A stretch of DNA of 64,000 nt, taken from assembly GCA_029264355.1 (NCBI GenBank), contig JARIBW010000014.1, positions 26,039 through 90,038 on the forward strand, written 5' to 3'. The translations under genes and the position numbers were made by a program. This DNA comes from Collinsella sp. (GTDB taxonomy: Bacteria; Actinomycetota; Coriobacteriia; Coriobacteriales; Coriobacteriaceae). Below are positions 19,647 through 29,426 of the stretch, in pieces. Numbering within the stretch: position 1 is the stretch's first letter; the number at the start of each line of letters is the position of its first letter. The notes below the pieces were generated by a model. The model saw only the letters and a program-made list of their open reading frames with translations. It had not been told where the DNA came from and did not search any database.

Positions 19647-20702
19647 TTACTCCCCGTCGTCCCCATCTGCCTCGGTCGTCTCCACGACGATATAGCGCGG
19701 GCGACCCTTGCATTCAAGGTAGATGCGCCCCACATACTCACCGACCACGCCGAGCGAGACCATGGTGAGGCCGCCCACGAACCAGATGGATACCATGAGG
19801 CTCGACCAACCGGCGACCACGCGGCCCGCGAGCGCTTGGACCAGGGTGTAGATCATCATGGCCAGGCTCACGACAAGTGAGACGAGACCGAGCATCGTGA
19901 CCCAGCGAATGGGCTTGACGGAAAACGAGGTGATGCCCTCGAGCGCAAATGAGACCATCTTTTTGAGCGGGTACTTGGACTCGCCGGCAAAACGCTCCGC
20001 GCGCGCGTAATACACGACATCGGTGGTGAACCCGAGCGCCGGCACGATACCGCGGAGGAACAGGTTCACCTCCGTGTACTGGGCCAGCGCCTTCAAGGAA
20101 CGTCGTCCCATGAGACGGTAGTCGGCGCAATTCGAAACCATCTCGACGCCGAGCCACGCCATCAGGTCGTAGAACATCCCGGCGGTGCCGCGTTTGAACG
20201 CGGTGTCCGTGTCGCGGTTCGAACGCACGCCGTACACGATCTCCGCGCCGGCGACATGCTTGGCGAGCATCTCATCGATGGCATCGACGTCATCTTGCAA
20301 ATCGGCGTCGAGGGAGACGGAGCAGTCGCACCCTCGATCAAGGGCCTCCATGAGGCCGGCATACAGCGCGTTCTGATGCCCCTCGTTATGGGCGAAGCAG
20401 ATGCCGGTGAACCACGGACGCGCCGGAGAGACCCCCATCGAACTCGGATCGTCGTGCAGGGTGCGGATCATCGACCATGTACGGTCGCGGCTGCCGTCGT
20501 TCACGAACAGGATCCGACTTTCCTCGGAAATCAACGCACGCTCCAACAGGGAGTCGAGCTTGTCGGAAAGACGACGACTCGTCTCGGGAAGCACCTCTTG
20601 CTCGTTATAGCACGGCACGACGACGTACAAACAGGGGGCGGCTGAGACTGCAGAGGCAGGGGCCTGACGGTCGCAACTCACGTCACGCACCTCACTTCCC
20701 AT
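19647..20702 (-). CDS. GT2 glycosyltransferase, GtrB/CsbB-like (polyprenol-phosphate sugar synthase)
   Basis: VVVPCYNE, FVNDGSRD, GHQNAL, SLDADLQDD, two C-terminal TMs and GEYVGRIY...RPRY. Confidence 0.9.
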   Translation of the reverse strand: MGSEVRDVSCDRQAPASAVSAAPCLYVVVPCYNEQEVLPETSRRLSDKLDSLLERALISEESRILFVNDGSRDRTWSMIRTLHDDPSSMGVSPARPWFTGICFAHNEGHQNALYAGLMEALDRGCDCSVSLDADLQDDVDAIDEMLAKHVAGAEIVYGVRSNRDTDTAFKRGTAGMFYDLMAWLGVEMVSNCADYRLMGRRSLKALAQYTEVNLFLRGIVPALGFTTDVVYYARAERFAGESKYPLKKMVSFALEGITSFSVKPIRWVTMLGLVSLVVSLAMMIYTLVQALAGRVVAGWSSLMVSIWFVGGLTMVSLGVVGEYVGRIYLECKGRPRYIVVETTEADGDDGE

Positions 20703-20754
20703 TCGATGTTGCTGAAACGGTCTCAGTGTACCACCGCCCCCGATCGCCCAGCGG

Positions 20755-22605
20755 CTACTCGGCGTACTCGAATGTGGTCACGTCGAACATGCCCTCGGGC
20801 CGGATGCGCAGGGCCGGGATGACGGGCAGGGGCAGGAAGATCATGCCCATGATGGGGTCGAGCGGGGGCTCGATGCCCATCGCGCGACCCGCCTCCATGA
20901 AGGCATCGTGCTCGCGGGCGACTTCCTCCGCCGTCTTATCGCTCATGAGGCCGCCAAGCGGCAGGTCGATCTTCGAGACGACCTCGCCGTCTCGCACGAG
21001 TACGAAGCCACCTTGCCCCACGGCCTCGACGGCCGCCAGCATGTCCGCCGGGTCGTCTCCCACCACGCAGACATTGTGCGAGTCATGGCCGATGGTGCTC
21101 GCGATCGCGCCTCCCGTGATGGTGAATCCGCGCACCCAGCCCTGGCCGATGTGCCTTCCCGCCAACCCCATGCCCGCAGGACCGTCGCCGTCCGCGCCGG
21201 CCAACTGCGCCGCGACGCCGCGTCCATGGCGCTCGACGAGCATGATGCGGCGCAAGCCCTCGTCGGACTCGGGGCGCACCGCGCCGGTGACGGCGTTGCC
21301 GGGAATGACATCGATGACGGCCTCGCCGGGACGAAACTCGTAGGAAAAGACGTCGATCGAGAGTTCGGGCAGGTGAACGGAGTCGCGCAGACGCTCTTCC
21401 AGCTCGATCAAGCCGGGACGCGAGGAGGCCGGAGCGGTGCGGCCCACAAAGGAGCCGTCCTGGGCGACAAGCTCGCCGGCGCTGTACACGCGATGCGGAG
21501 GTGCTGTGAACGCAAGGTCATCGAGCAACAGGATGTCGGCGCGCTTGCCCGGGGCGATGGCGCCGCGACGATCCAGCGCGCACAGGCTGCCGTGATCGAG
21601 ACCGAAGACGTCCGCCGTGGAAAGCGTCGCCATGGAAATGGCGACCACCGGGTCGACGCCCTCCTCGACCGCCACGCGGCAGGCGTTGTCGATCATGCCG
21701 ATGTTGAGCGCGTCCGACGGGGCGCGGTCGTCCGTGGCAAAGCAGCAGCGCCGCGCGAGCGCGGGGTTCTCGAGGATGACCGGGGCGAGGGCGGCGAGGT
21801 CGTGACTGCAGGTACCCTCACGCAACATGACGTACATGCCGCGCGAGAGCTCGTCGAGCGCCTCCTCGACCCCCGTGTTCTCATGGTCGGCGATGACGCC
21901 GGCCGCGACGTAGGCGTTGAGGTCGCGCCCCGCCGTCATGGGCGCGTGTCCATCCACCTGGCCTGAAACGGTTTGCGCACCGACCGCGATGCGGCGGCAC
22001 GTCTCCTCATCGGCGCCGAACACTCCGGGAAGGTTCATCATCTCGCCCAGGCCGAAGATGACCCCGCGGCGCTCTTCCATGAAAGAGCGCATGTCCGCCG
22101 CGGTGATGACCGCACCCGCCTGCTCGTCGGGCAGGGCGGGGACGCAGGAGGGCATCATGAACTTGATGTCGAGCGGAGCGCGCGAGGCGTCCTCGACCAT
22201 GAACGCGAGGCCGTCGAGGCCGCATACGTTGGCCACCTCATGGCTGTCGGCGATGGCGGTGGTGGTGCCGCGGGCGAGGGCCATGCGGGCATACTCGGCC
22301 GGGCGGATGTTCGAACTCTCGATATGTAGGTGACCATCGATGAAGCCGGGGGCGAGAAAACGGTTCTCGCAGTCGACGACGCGCGCCGCCTCCCACGCGG
22401 GGACGGAGGCGTCCTCGCAATCGCGGCCCTCGAACAGCACGCCCGCGATGCAGCCGAGCTTCACCGCGACTTGACCGCGCGCCACGCGCAGGCGATACAC
22501 ATCGACGATGCGCGCATTCGCAAGCACGAGATCCGCCGGCGCGCGACCCTCGGCCACATCGATCAGAGCCTGCATGAGTTCGACCAGATCGGGTTGCGTA
22601 TCCAT
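20755..22605 (-). CDS. ade: Adenine deaminase
   Basis: PGFIDGHLHIESS, LGEMMNLPG, DGHAP, DHE, REG, TDD and IGHDSHN. Start MDTQPDL. Confidence 0.93.
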   Translation of the reverse strand: MDTQPDLVELMQALIDVAEGRAPADLVLANARIVDVYRLRVARGQVAVKLGCIAGVLFEGRDCEDASVPAWEAARVVDCENRFLAPGFIDGHLHIESSNIRPAEYARMALARGTTTAIADSHEVANVCGLDGLAFMVEDASRAPLDIKFMMPSCVPALPDEQAGAVITAADMRSFMEERRGVIFGLGEMMNLPGVFGADEETCRRIAVGAQTVSGQVDGHAPMTAGRDLNAYVAAGVIADHENTGVEEALDELSRGMYVMLREGTCSHDLAALAPVILENPALARRCCFATDDRAPSDALNIGMIDNACRVAVEEGVDPVVAISMATLSTADVFGLDHGSLCALDRRGAIAPGKRADILLLDDLAFTAPPHRVYSAGELVAQDGSFVGRTAPASSRPGLIELEERLRDSVHLPELSIDVFSYEFRPGEAVIDVIPGNAVTGAVRPESDEGLRRIMLVERHGRGVAAQLAGADGDGPAGMGLAGRHIGQGWVRGFTITGGAIASTIGHDSHNVCVVGDDPADMLAAVEAVGQGGFVLVRDGEVVSKIDLPLGGLMSDKTAEEVAREHDAFMEAGRAMGIEPPLDPIMGMIFLPLPVIPALRIRPEGMFDVTTFEYAE

Positions 22606-22724
22606 GGCACCCACCCTCCGTGTGCATTGACATTTCACCCATGGTACCCACGCGCACCCGTTCGCAACGCAAAGGGGACCCGGTTGGGCGATGGACGGCC
22701 GGATGAGCCGCCGCATTTCACCAA

Positions 22725-22755
22725 AAAGGTCGACCGGGAGAACCGGCCGACCTTT
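22725..22755 (-). terminator. Intrinsic terminator after tyrS
   Basis: AAAGGTCGACCGG / CCGGCCGACCTTT stem with a T run on the minus strand. Confidence 0.7.
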
Positions 22756-22798
22756 CGGATGCGCAATTTGTACCTGTCCCCTTTTGCTTCCCTTTTGC

Positions 22799-24013
22799 TT
22801 AGGCCAGGCGTGCGAACTTGCGCTTGCCCACCTGCAGGACCGTGCCGGGCTTGAGGGCCGCGGGGTCCACGTTGTAGGTCTTGGGCGCGACGGCCTCGCC
22901 GTCGAGCTTGACGCCGCCGCCGTCGATGTCGCGGCGGGCCTGGCCGGCGCTGGGCACCAGGCCGGCGGCCTGCAGCACGGCGGGCAGATACACGAGGCCC
23001 TCGTCGTTCACGGAGACCTCGATGGAGACCTCGGCGATGTCGGTGGGCAGGTCGTGGTTCTTGTGGACGCGGTCGAACTCGGCCTCGGCCGCCACGGCGG
23101 CCTCGGCGGAGTGATAGGTGCTCACCAGGTCGCGAGCGAGGGCGCGCTTGAGCTCGTAGGGGTTGGCGGAGCCGTCGGCCAGCGCGGCGTCGATGGCGTC
23201 GACCGCGTCCGGCGCGAGCGAGCTCGCCAGGCGGTAGTACTTGCCGATCATCTCATCGGGAATCGACATGGTCTTGCCGAACATGTCGGTCGGCTCATCG
23301 GTGAGACCGATGTAGTTGCCGTAGGACTTGGACATCTTGCGGGTGCCGTCGGTGCCCTCGAGCAGCGGCATCGTGAGCGCGATCTGGGGCTCCATGCCCA
23401 TCTTCTCCATGAGCTCGCGGCCGGCGAGCAGGTTGAAGAGCTGATCGCTACCGCCCATCTCGACATCGGCCTCGATCTTGACCGAATCGTACGCCTGCAT
23501 GATGGGGTACAGGAACTCGTGCAGCGCGATGGGCGTCTGGGACTGGTAGCGCTTGGTGAAGTCATCGCGCTCGAGGATGCGGGCCACGGTGAACTTGGAG
23601 GCGATGGAGAGAAGCTCCTTGAGGTCCATGGGGAACATCCAGTCGCCGTTGTGGACGATGGTCGTCTTCTCGGGGTCGAGGATCTTCATGGCCTGGGAGA
23701 CGTAGGTCGCGGCGTTGGCCTCGACCTCCTCCTGGGTGAGCTGCGGACGCGTGGAGTTCTTACCGGACGGATCGCCGATGGTGGCGGTGCCGTTGCCGAT
23801 GATGAGGGTCACGCGGTGACCGAGATCCTGGAACTGGCGCATCTTGCGCAGCGGGACGGCGTGGCCGAGGTGGAGGTCCGGGCTCGTGGGATCGACGCCC
23901 AACTTGATGTTGAGCGGCACGCCGCGCTCGAGCTTCTTCCTGAGGTCGGCCTCGGGCACGATCTTGGCGGCGCCGGAGGTGATGATGCGCATTTGCTCGT
24001 CTACGGGCAACAT
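22799..24013 (-). CDS. tyrS: Tyrosine--tRNA ligase
   Basis: GVDPTSPDLHLGH (HIGH), GGSDQ, KMSKS and a C-terminal S4 domain (VGKRKF). AAGAAAGG RBS. Confidence 0.97.
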   Translation of the reverse strand: MLPVDEQMRIITSGAAKIVPEADLRKKLERGVPLNIKLGVDPTSPDLHLGHAVPLRKMRQFQDLGHRVTLIIGNGTATIGDPSGKNSTRPQLTQEEVEANAATYVSQAMKILDPEKTTIVHNGDWMFPMDLKELLSIASKFTVARILERDDFTKRYQSQTPIALHEFLYPIMQAYDSVKIEADVEMGGSDQLFNLLAGRELMEKMGMEPQIALTMPLLEGTDGTRKMSKSYGNYIGLTDEPTDMFGKTMSIPDEMIGKYYRLASSLAPDAVDAIDAALADGSANPYELKRALARDLVSTYHSAEAAVAAEAEFDRVHKNHDLPTDIAEVSIEVSVNDEGLVYLPAVLQAAGLVPSAGQARRDIDGGGVKLDGEAVAPKTYNVDPAALKPGTVLQVGKRKFARLA

Positions 24014-24141
24014 GAGATGCACCTTTCTTGGAGGGTCATAGCACCCTCGCCACGGAGGCACCCGGATGGCGCGAACGGGCGGTGCTGGGAAACGACAGAT
24101 CGTCTTAGTGTAGCCGAACTGCTCGAGCGTCTGCAATCGGG

Positions 24142-26283
24142 CTAGGCGCGATACAGACGCGTTCTCCCCTTCTCGTCCACGCGCACGGCCAGGCGCGCCC
24201 CCGGGCTTTTTCGGTCGAGCTCGACGAGGAAGCGCCAGCCGGCTTGACTCGCGAGGCGGCGCGGGCAGGTGGGGCAGTCGTTCGAACATGGGCCCTCGGC
24301 GGTGAGCAGGCAGTGCTCCGTGACCATGAGGGGCGTCGAGCCTTCCGCCGCGATGTCGACGACGTCGCCGGCATGGCACTGGGCGGCGCGGCGGTCCTGC
24401 GCGGGCTCGACGGTCGATCCGCCCGCCGCCCCGGCGCAATGCGCGCGGACCGACGCGAGGTCCCAGCGCGTGAGCTCCTCGGGGAGCCATACGCGACGCG
24501 CCCCGAGGCGGAGCAGGACACGGGCCGTCTCCGCGTTCCACACCTGCAGCGGGGGCGCCGCCTCCCAGGGCGCACCGGCCGCCCGGACCGCCGGGATCTG
24601 GCCGATGTTGCGGACCATGACGGCAGGGGCCCCGCCGCGGCAGACGCGATCGCAGGCGGCCCGCACATCCTCGAGGTCCTCGCGACGGCACACCTCCCCG
24701 AGCTCGAGGACGGCGTGGAGCGACTCGTCCGCATCGCCCTCCGCCGGCCCGTTCGCCACCATACCCGTCGTCCGGGCGACGAGCCCGTCGCGGTGCCGCG
24801 CGGCCTCGAGGGCGACCGGGGCCCGCGAGGCCGCCGAACGGCGCCGGGCGTGGGCGAAGCGCGTCGGCTCGACAGGCCCGCGTTCGCCGTCCGAGGCGTT
24901 GGCGGCGTCTCCATCGCGTCCGGGGCCGGCGCCCCGGACATCAAGGCCCGCATCGATCGACGGGGCCGGCGGCATGGCGGCGACCAGGCGGGCCTCCTCT
25001 TCGCGCATCTCCCGCACGACGGACTCGGCCTCCGAGATCGCGCCCGCCGAACGGACCATGTGAACGGCGCTGCCGGCCTCGACCTTTCGCTTGCAGGGAA
25101 CGAGCACCTCCTCTCCCGGAAGGGCATCGCACGGGCACGGGACGATCGGCCAGCGCTTGGGGACGTCGGCCGGCGCGTCGGGACCGGGGGTCGAGCGAAT
25201 CTCGAGCATGTCACCGGCAGTCACCTCGCGCTCGAGCGCCACCAAGGCGCCCTCGTGGCGCGGCTCCAAAACGCGCCCGACGCACAGGCCCTGGTTGACG
25301 GCGCGCTCGAGGCTCATGAGGCCCGCGCCGGTTGCCGCATGGCCGCCCTCGAGGTAGCCGGAGGTGAAACCACGGCTGAAGGAACGCGCCAGACGCGCCT
25401 CCAACTCGCCGATCACGGCATCGTCGAGAGGTCGGCCGGCCAGGGCGGCGTCGAGCGCTTCGCGATAGCATCGCACCACGTTGTAGACATAGTCGGGGCC
25501 CTTCATGCGACCCTCGACCTTGAACGCCGAGACGCCCGCCTCGAGCATCTCGGCGATGTGCCGGATACCGAGGTAGTCGCGCGGGCACAGCAGGCGGTCG
25601 CCATCGGGGCGCATCGCCGGGCCGCCCTGCGCGCGCCCCCGCTCCCAGGCGCCGCCCGCGAGCACCGCACCCGAGCCGTCCTGCAGCTCGTAGGCCAAAC
25701 GGCACGGCTGGGTGCAATCGCCGCGATTGGCCGAACGGCCCCGCATCAAGGCGGAATACGAACAGGCTCCTGAGTAGCAGATGCAGATCGCCCCATGGCA
25801 GAACGCCTCGATCTCGACGCCCGTGTCGCACAACTCGGCCAATTCGGCGACCGATAGCTCGCGGGCGCACGTCACGCGCTCGACCCCGAGCTCTCGCGCG
25901 GCGAGGCGCACCGCGTCGGCGCACTGGGCGCCCGCCTGGGTGGAAAGGTGCAATTCGGCCTCGGGAAACTCGGATCGGATGCGGGATATGAGGCCCATGT
26001 CCGCGACGATCAGGGCGTCGGCTCCCGCCGCGAGCGCGCGGGCGGCCAGCCCGACGGCGTCATCGAGCTCGTCATCTCTCACGTACACGTTGAGCGTCAC
26101 ATAGACGCGCGCGCCGTGGGCGTGCGCCAGCGCACATGCCGCGAAGAGCTCGGTGAGCGAGAAGCCGCCGTTGGCCGCACGCGCATTGAACGCGCCGAGT
26201 CCCACGTAAACCGCGTCGGCGCCGGCGGCTATCGCCGCCCGAAACGCGTCGGGAGTGCCCGCAGGCGCCAAAAGCTCAACCAT
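24142..26283 (-). CDS. Peptidase U32-family protein (RlhA-like hydroxylase), paralog 1
   Basis: ELLAPAG, ADAVY, FNAR, HGAICICYSGAC, SANRGDCTQPCR and KVEGRMK. Confidence 0.88.
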   Translation of the reverse strand: MVELLAPAGTPDAFRAAIAAGADAVYVGLGAFNARAANGGFSLTELFAACALAHAHGARVYVTLNVYVRDDELDDAVGLAARALAAGADALIVADMGLISRIRSEFPEAELHLSTQAGAQCADAVRLAARELGVERVTCARELSVAELAELCDTGVEIEAFCHGAICICYSGACSYSALMRGRSANRGDCTQPCRLAYELQDGSGAVLAGGAWERGRAQGGPAMRPDGDRLLCPRDYLGIRHIAEMLEAGVSAFKVEGRMKGPDYVYNVVRCYREALDAALAGRPLDDAVIGELEARLARSFSRGFTSGYLEGGHAATGAGLMSLERAVNQGLCVGRVLEPRHEGALVALEREVTAGDMLEIRSTPGPDAPADVPKRWPIVPCPCDALPGEEVLVPCKRKVEAGSAVHMVRSAGAISEAESVVREMREEEARLVAAMPPAPSIDAGLDVRGAGPGRDGDAANASDGERGPVEPTRFAHARRRSAASRAPVALEAARHRDGLVARTTGMVANGPAEGDADESLHAVLELGEVCRREDLEDVRAACDRVCRGGAPAVMVRNIGQIPAVRAAGAPWEAAPPLQVWNAETARVLLRLGARRVWLPEELTRWDLASVRAHCAGAAGGSTVEPAQDRRAAQCHAGDVVDIAAEGSTPLMVTEHCLLTAEGPCSNDCPTCPRRLASQAGWRFLVELDRKSPGARLAVRVDEKGRTRLYRA

Positions 26284-26421
26284 ATTCGCCCTTTCCCAGC
26301 GTGTAATTTAGCTTGAGGACCCAACACCCCACGGGCACGGGACCTTGCATGCGGTATCGTATCAGCTATCTATGTGTACGTGACCGGGCTCCTCACCCGA
26401 TCGACTCGCAGGAGGTCAACT

Positions 26422-28572
26422 ATGGGTCCTCGCCAGCGCAACGCGCGCGCTCGCGCAAAAACGCACGCCACCCCCGTCGTGCTCTTCTCCGTGCTGGGCT
26501 TTCTCCTCATCGCCGGCATCGCCTTCGGCATCGGCATGCTCGGCAACATCAATCGTTGGCTCTCCGATCTCCCCGACTACACGGACGCCGAAGAGTACCT
26601 CGTGAGCGAGCCCACGCACATCCTGGACTCCCAGGGCACCGAGATAGCCACGTTCTTCGTCCAGAATCGCGAGAGCGTCACGGCGGACAAGGTCTCCGAG
26701 TGGGTCCTCAAGGGCACCGTCGACGTCGAGGACGAGCGCTTCTACGAGCACAACGGCGTCGACATCATCGGCATCGGGCGCGCGGTCCTGGCGCAGCTCT
26801 CCGGCCGATCCGAGGGCGCCTCGACCATCACCCAGCAGCTCGTGCGCAACACCATCCTGTCCGAGGAGCAGTTCGACCAGACCATCGAGCGCAAAGTGCG
26901 CGAGGCCTTCATCGCCATGGAGATGGAGAAGATCTTCTCCAAGGACGAGATCCTCATGATGTACCTCAACACCATCTATTACGGACATGGGGCCTACGGC
27001 ATCCAGGCCGCCTCCAAGACGTACCTCTCCAAGAACGCCGACGAGCTCACGCTCGCCGAGGCCGCGCTGCTCATCGGCCTGCCCAACTCGCCCTCCTATT
27101 ACGACCCCACCGTCAACCCCGACGTTGCCGTCGACCGTCGCAACAAGGTCCTCGGCAACATGCTGCGCATCGGCACCATCTCCCAGGAAGAGCACGACGC
27201 CGCCGTGGCCGAGCCGCTCACGCTCAACGTCACCGAGACCTCCGACACCGGCATCTCCGTGTACGCGCATCCCTACTTCGTCGACTACGTGAAGTCCCTG
27301 TTGCAGGAAGAGTTCTCCACCGATGTCCTGTTCAAGGGCGGCCTCACCGTGACCACCACCATCGACCCCGCGATCCAGCAGGCCGCCGAGACAGCCGCCG
27401 TCGAGAACATCAACAAGTACCCCGCCGCCGCCGACCTGCAGATCGGCATGAGCGTGGTCGATCCCAAGACCAGCTACATCAAGGCCATGGTCGGCGGCCG
27501 CGATTACAACGCGGACCCCAACCACGTCAACCATGCGACCGCCAAGCGCCAGCCCGGCTCCTCCTTCAAAAGCTTCACCCTGGCCACCGCCATCAAGATG
27601 GGCGTGAACCCCAACATCACCATCAATTGCGAGTCCCCCCTGTACTGGGACAACCCCGGCGGGAAAGACATCAAGATCCAAAACTTCGGCAACCACAACT
27701 ACGGATACCGCTCCCTCGCCTCGGCGACCGCCGTCTCCTCCAACACCGGCTACGTGCAGCTGGCCGAGGCCATCGGCAACCAGAACATCCTGCAGACCTG
27801 CAAGAGCCTCGGTTTGGACACCTCCTCGATGCACGACGTCCTCTCGATGACGCTGGGCACCGGTGACGTCACGACGCTGCAGATGGCAAACGCCTACGCC
27901 TCCTTCGCCAACGGCGGAGAGCATCGCGCTCCCGTGGCCATCACCGAGATCAAATCGCGCACCGGGGAGGTCGTGTACACCCATAAGGAGGAGAAGACCC
28001 AGGTCCTTTCCGCCGGCGAAGCCGCGGCCGTGACCGACGTCCTCAAAACCGTCATGGAGCGCGGCGGCACGGGCGACACGGGCAATCCCTGGATCAAGCA
28101 GCCCATCGCCGGTAAAACCGGAACCGCCGGTACCGCATCCGATACCACGGACCTGTGGTTTTGCGGCTACACCCCGCAGCTCTCCGTCTCGATCTGGGTC
28201 GGGCACTCCGGCGCGAACACGCCCCTCAAGAACGTCAACAACAGCACGATGACCCTACCCGTCTTCAAGGCCTTCATGAAGGCCGTCCTGGCCGACGCTC
28301 CGCGCGAGGAGTTCCCCGATGGGCCGAGGCCAGAATACAAGCCCAACAGCGAGTGGAAGTTCTCCCACACCAAGTCCCCCGAGGAGATCGCCGCGCAGCA
28401 GCAGGAACAGGAAGCGGACGAACAAGAAGAGGAACCTTCGGATGACGAGGGCAAGGAGGAGGAGCCTCAAACCCCCGCACCTCCGCAGCCCCCAGTGGAC
28501 CCCGCGCCCCCACAGCCCCCGGTTGATCCCGCGCCCGAGCCCGGCGAGACAACGCCCTCGGCACCCCAGTAA
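26422..28572 (+). CDS. Class A penicillin-binding protein (transglycosylase/transpeptidase)
   Basis: EDERFYEHNGVD, GASTITQQL, QPGSSFK (SxxK), SSN and KTG, with an N-terminal TM and a Pro/Glu-rich tail. GGAGG RBS. Confidence 0.95.
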   Translation: MGPRQRNARARAKTHATPVVLFSVLGFLLIAGIAFGIGMLGNINRWLSDLPDYTDAEEYLVSEPTHILDSQGTEIATFFVQNRESVTADKVSEWVLKGTVDVEDERFYEHNGVDIIGIGRAVLAQLSGRSEGASTITQQLVRNTILSEEQFDQTIERKVREAFIAMEMEKIFSKDEILMMYLNTIYYGHGAYGIQAASKTYLSKNADELTLAEAALLIGLPNSPSYYDPTVNPDVAVDRRNKVLGNMLRIGTISQEEHDAAVAEPLTLNVTETSDTGISVYAHPYFVDYVKSLLQEEFSTDVLFKGGLTVTTTIDPAIQQAAETAAVENINKYPAAADLQIGMSVVDPKTSYIKAMVGGRDYNADPNHVNHATAKRQPGSSFKSFTLATAIKMGVNPNITINCESPLYWDNPGGKDIKIQNFGNHNYGYRSLASATAVSSNTGYVQLAEAIGNQNILQTCKSLGLDTSSMHDVLSMTLGTGDVTTLQMANAYASFANGGEHRAPVAITEIKSRTGEVVYTHKEEKTQVLSAGEAAAVTDVLKTVMERGGTGDTGNPWIKQPIAGKTGTAGTASDTTDLWFCGYTPQLSVSIWVGHSGANTPLKNVNNSTMTLPVFKAFMKAVLADAPREEFPDGPRPEYKPNSEWKFSHTKSPEEIAAQQQEQEADEQEEEPSDDEGKEEEPQTPAPPQPPVDPAPPQPPVDPAPEPGETTPSAPQ

Positions 28573-28587
28573 CCCATACCTCGCGCA

Positions 28588-28631
28588 GATATGGAATCGC
28601 CCCCGTCGAATGGCGGGGGCGATTCCATATC
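28588..28631. terminator. Perfect 18-bp hairpin between convergent transcripts
   Basis: GATATGGAATCGCCCCCG / CGGGGGCGATTCCATATC. Confidence 0.75.
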
Positions 28632-28726
28632 GATCCATTGCGAAGATCGGACGGCGAGGTGTGCGGGGTGCGAAGTGGCGGGAGGGGATCCACCGGCCGG
28701 CCACGGTCGAACGCCGCGGGCACATC

Positions 28727-28828
28727 CTATCTCGAACGGCGCCAATACGACACGAGCAGCGCGACGAGCGAGATGGGGAGGATCGCGAGTAGGGCGAACA
28801 GCACGGTGTGCGCGATCATGGGGCTCAC
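28727..28828 (-). CDS. Putative 33-aa single-pass membrane peptide downstream of argR
   Basis: MSPMIAHTVLFALLAILPISLVALLVSYWRRSR. The GTG start overlaps the argR TGA (GTGA), AGGAG lies 9 nt upstream, and third positions are G/C-rich. An alternative ATG is at 28819. Confidence 0.6.
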   Translation of the reverse strand: MSPMIAHTVLFALLAILPISLVALLVSYWRRSR

Positions 28829-29262
28829 TTGCGCACGCTCCTCAGCTTACCGATCATGAGCTCGAACTGCTCGCCATCGGATGCGGTTCGCGTGATGACG
28901 AGGATGGTGTCGTTGCCGGCGAGCGAACCGAGGACATCGGGCAGCTCGGCCGCGTCGATGGCCGCGGCGATGCCGAGAGCCGTACCGGGCTGGGCCTTGA
29001 TGATCACGAGGTTCTCGGTGCGCTGCACGCCGATCACCAGCTCGGAGACCATGCGCTGCAAGTGCAGGTCCTCCGCCAGGACATACATGCCCTCCGGGAG
29101 CTTATGCAGGCCCATGTCGGCGATATCGCGCGACACGGTCGCCTGGGTGCAGTCGTAACCGCACGCCTTGAGCTCGTCGACGAGCATGCGTTGCGTGCGG
29201 ACATCCGCGGTGCGCACGATCTCGCGGATAGCGTCCTGACGACCGTTGCGTTTCTTGGCCAT
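28825..29262 (-). CDS. argR: Arginine repressor-family regulator
   Basis: RQDAIREIV, TQATVSRDI and C-terminal GSLAGNDTILVI. Confidence 0.92.
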   Translation of the reverse strand: MAKKRNGRQDAIREIVRTADVRTQRMLVDELKACGYDCTQATVSRDIADMGLHKLPEGMYVLAEDLHLQRMVSELVIGVQRTENLVIIKAQPGTALGIAAAIDAAELPDVLGSLAGNDTILVITRTASDGEQFELMIGKLRSVRK

Positions 29263-29392
29263 GGCAATCACCGTCCCCATCGCGGACACGCCACACAAAG
29301 CGGAACGCACCCGTAACTCGGGCCCTCTCGAACCCGTTCTTGTTTATGATTGAATCATTCTTGCATAGAATATGAAATTGATAAGCACAAAG

Positions 29393-29406
29393 TGAATAAT
29401 GTTGCA
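29393..29406. promoter_or_regulatory. ARG-box-like site upstream of argR
   Basis: TGAAT-AATG-TTGCA in an AT-rich patch (29340-29412), fitting TGMAT-N4-ATKCA with one mismatch. Confidence 0.4.
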
Positions 29407-29426
29407 AAATTCACGAATCGCGGGGC

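Noticed and set aside
24014-24141. T-box riboswitch upstream of tyrS
   Set aside because: Only 128 bp are available, and no T-box (AAGGTGGTACC-like) or terminator/antiterminator is recognisable.
28380-28572. Repeated CCCGCGCCCCCACAGCCCCCGG-like units at the PBP 3' end
   Set aside because: They encode an ordinary Pro/Glu-rich disordered tail (PAPPQPPVD x2), common in class A PBPs.
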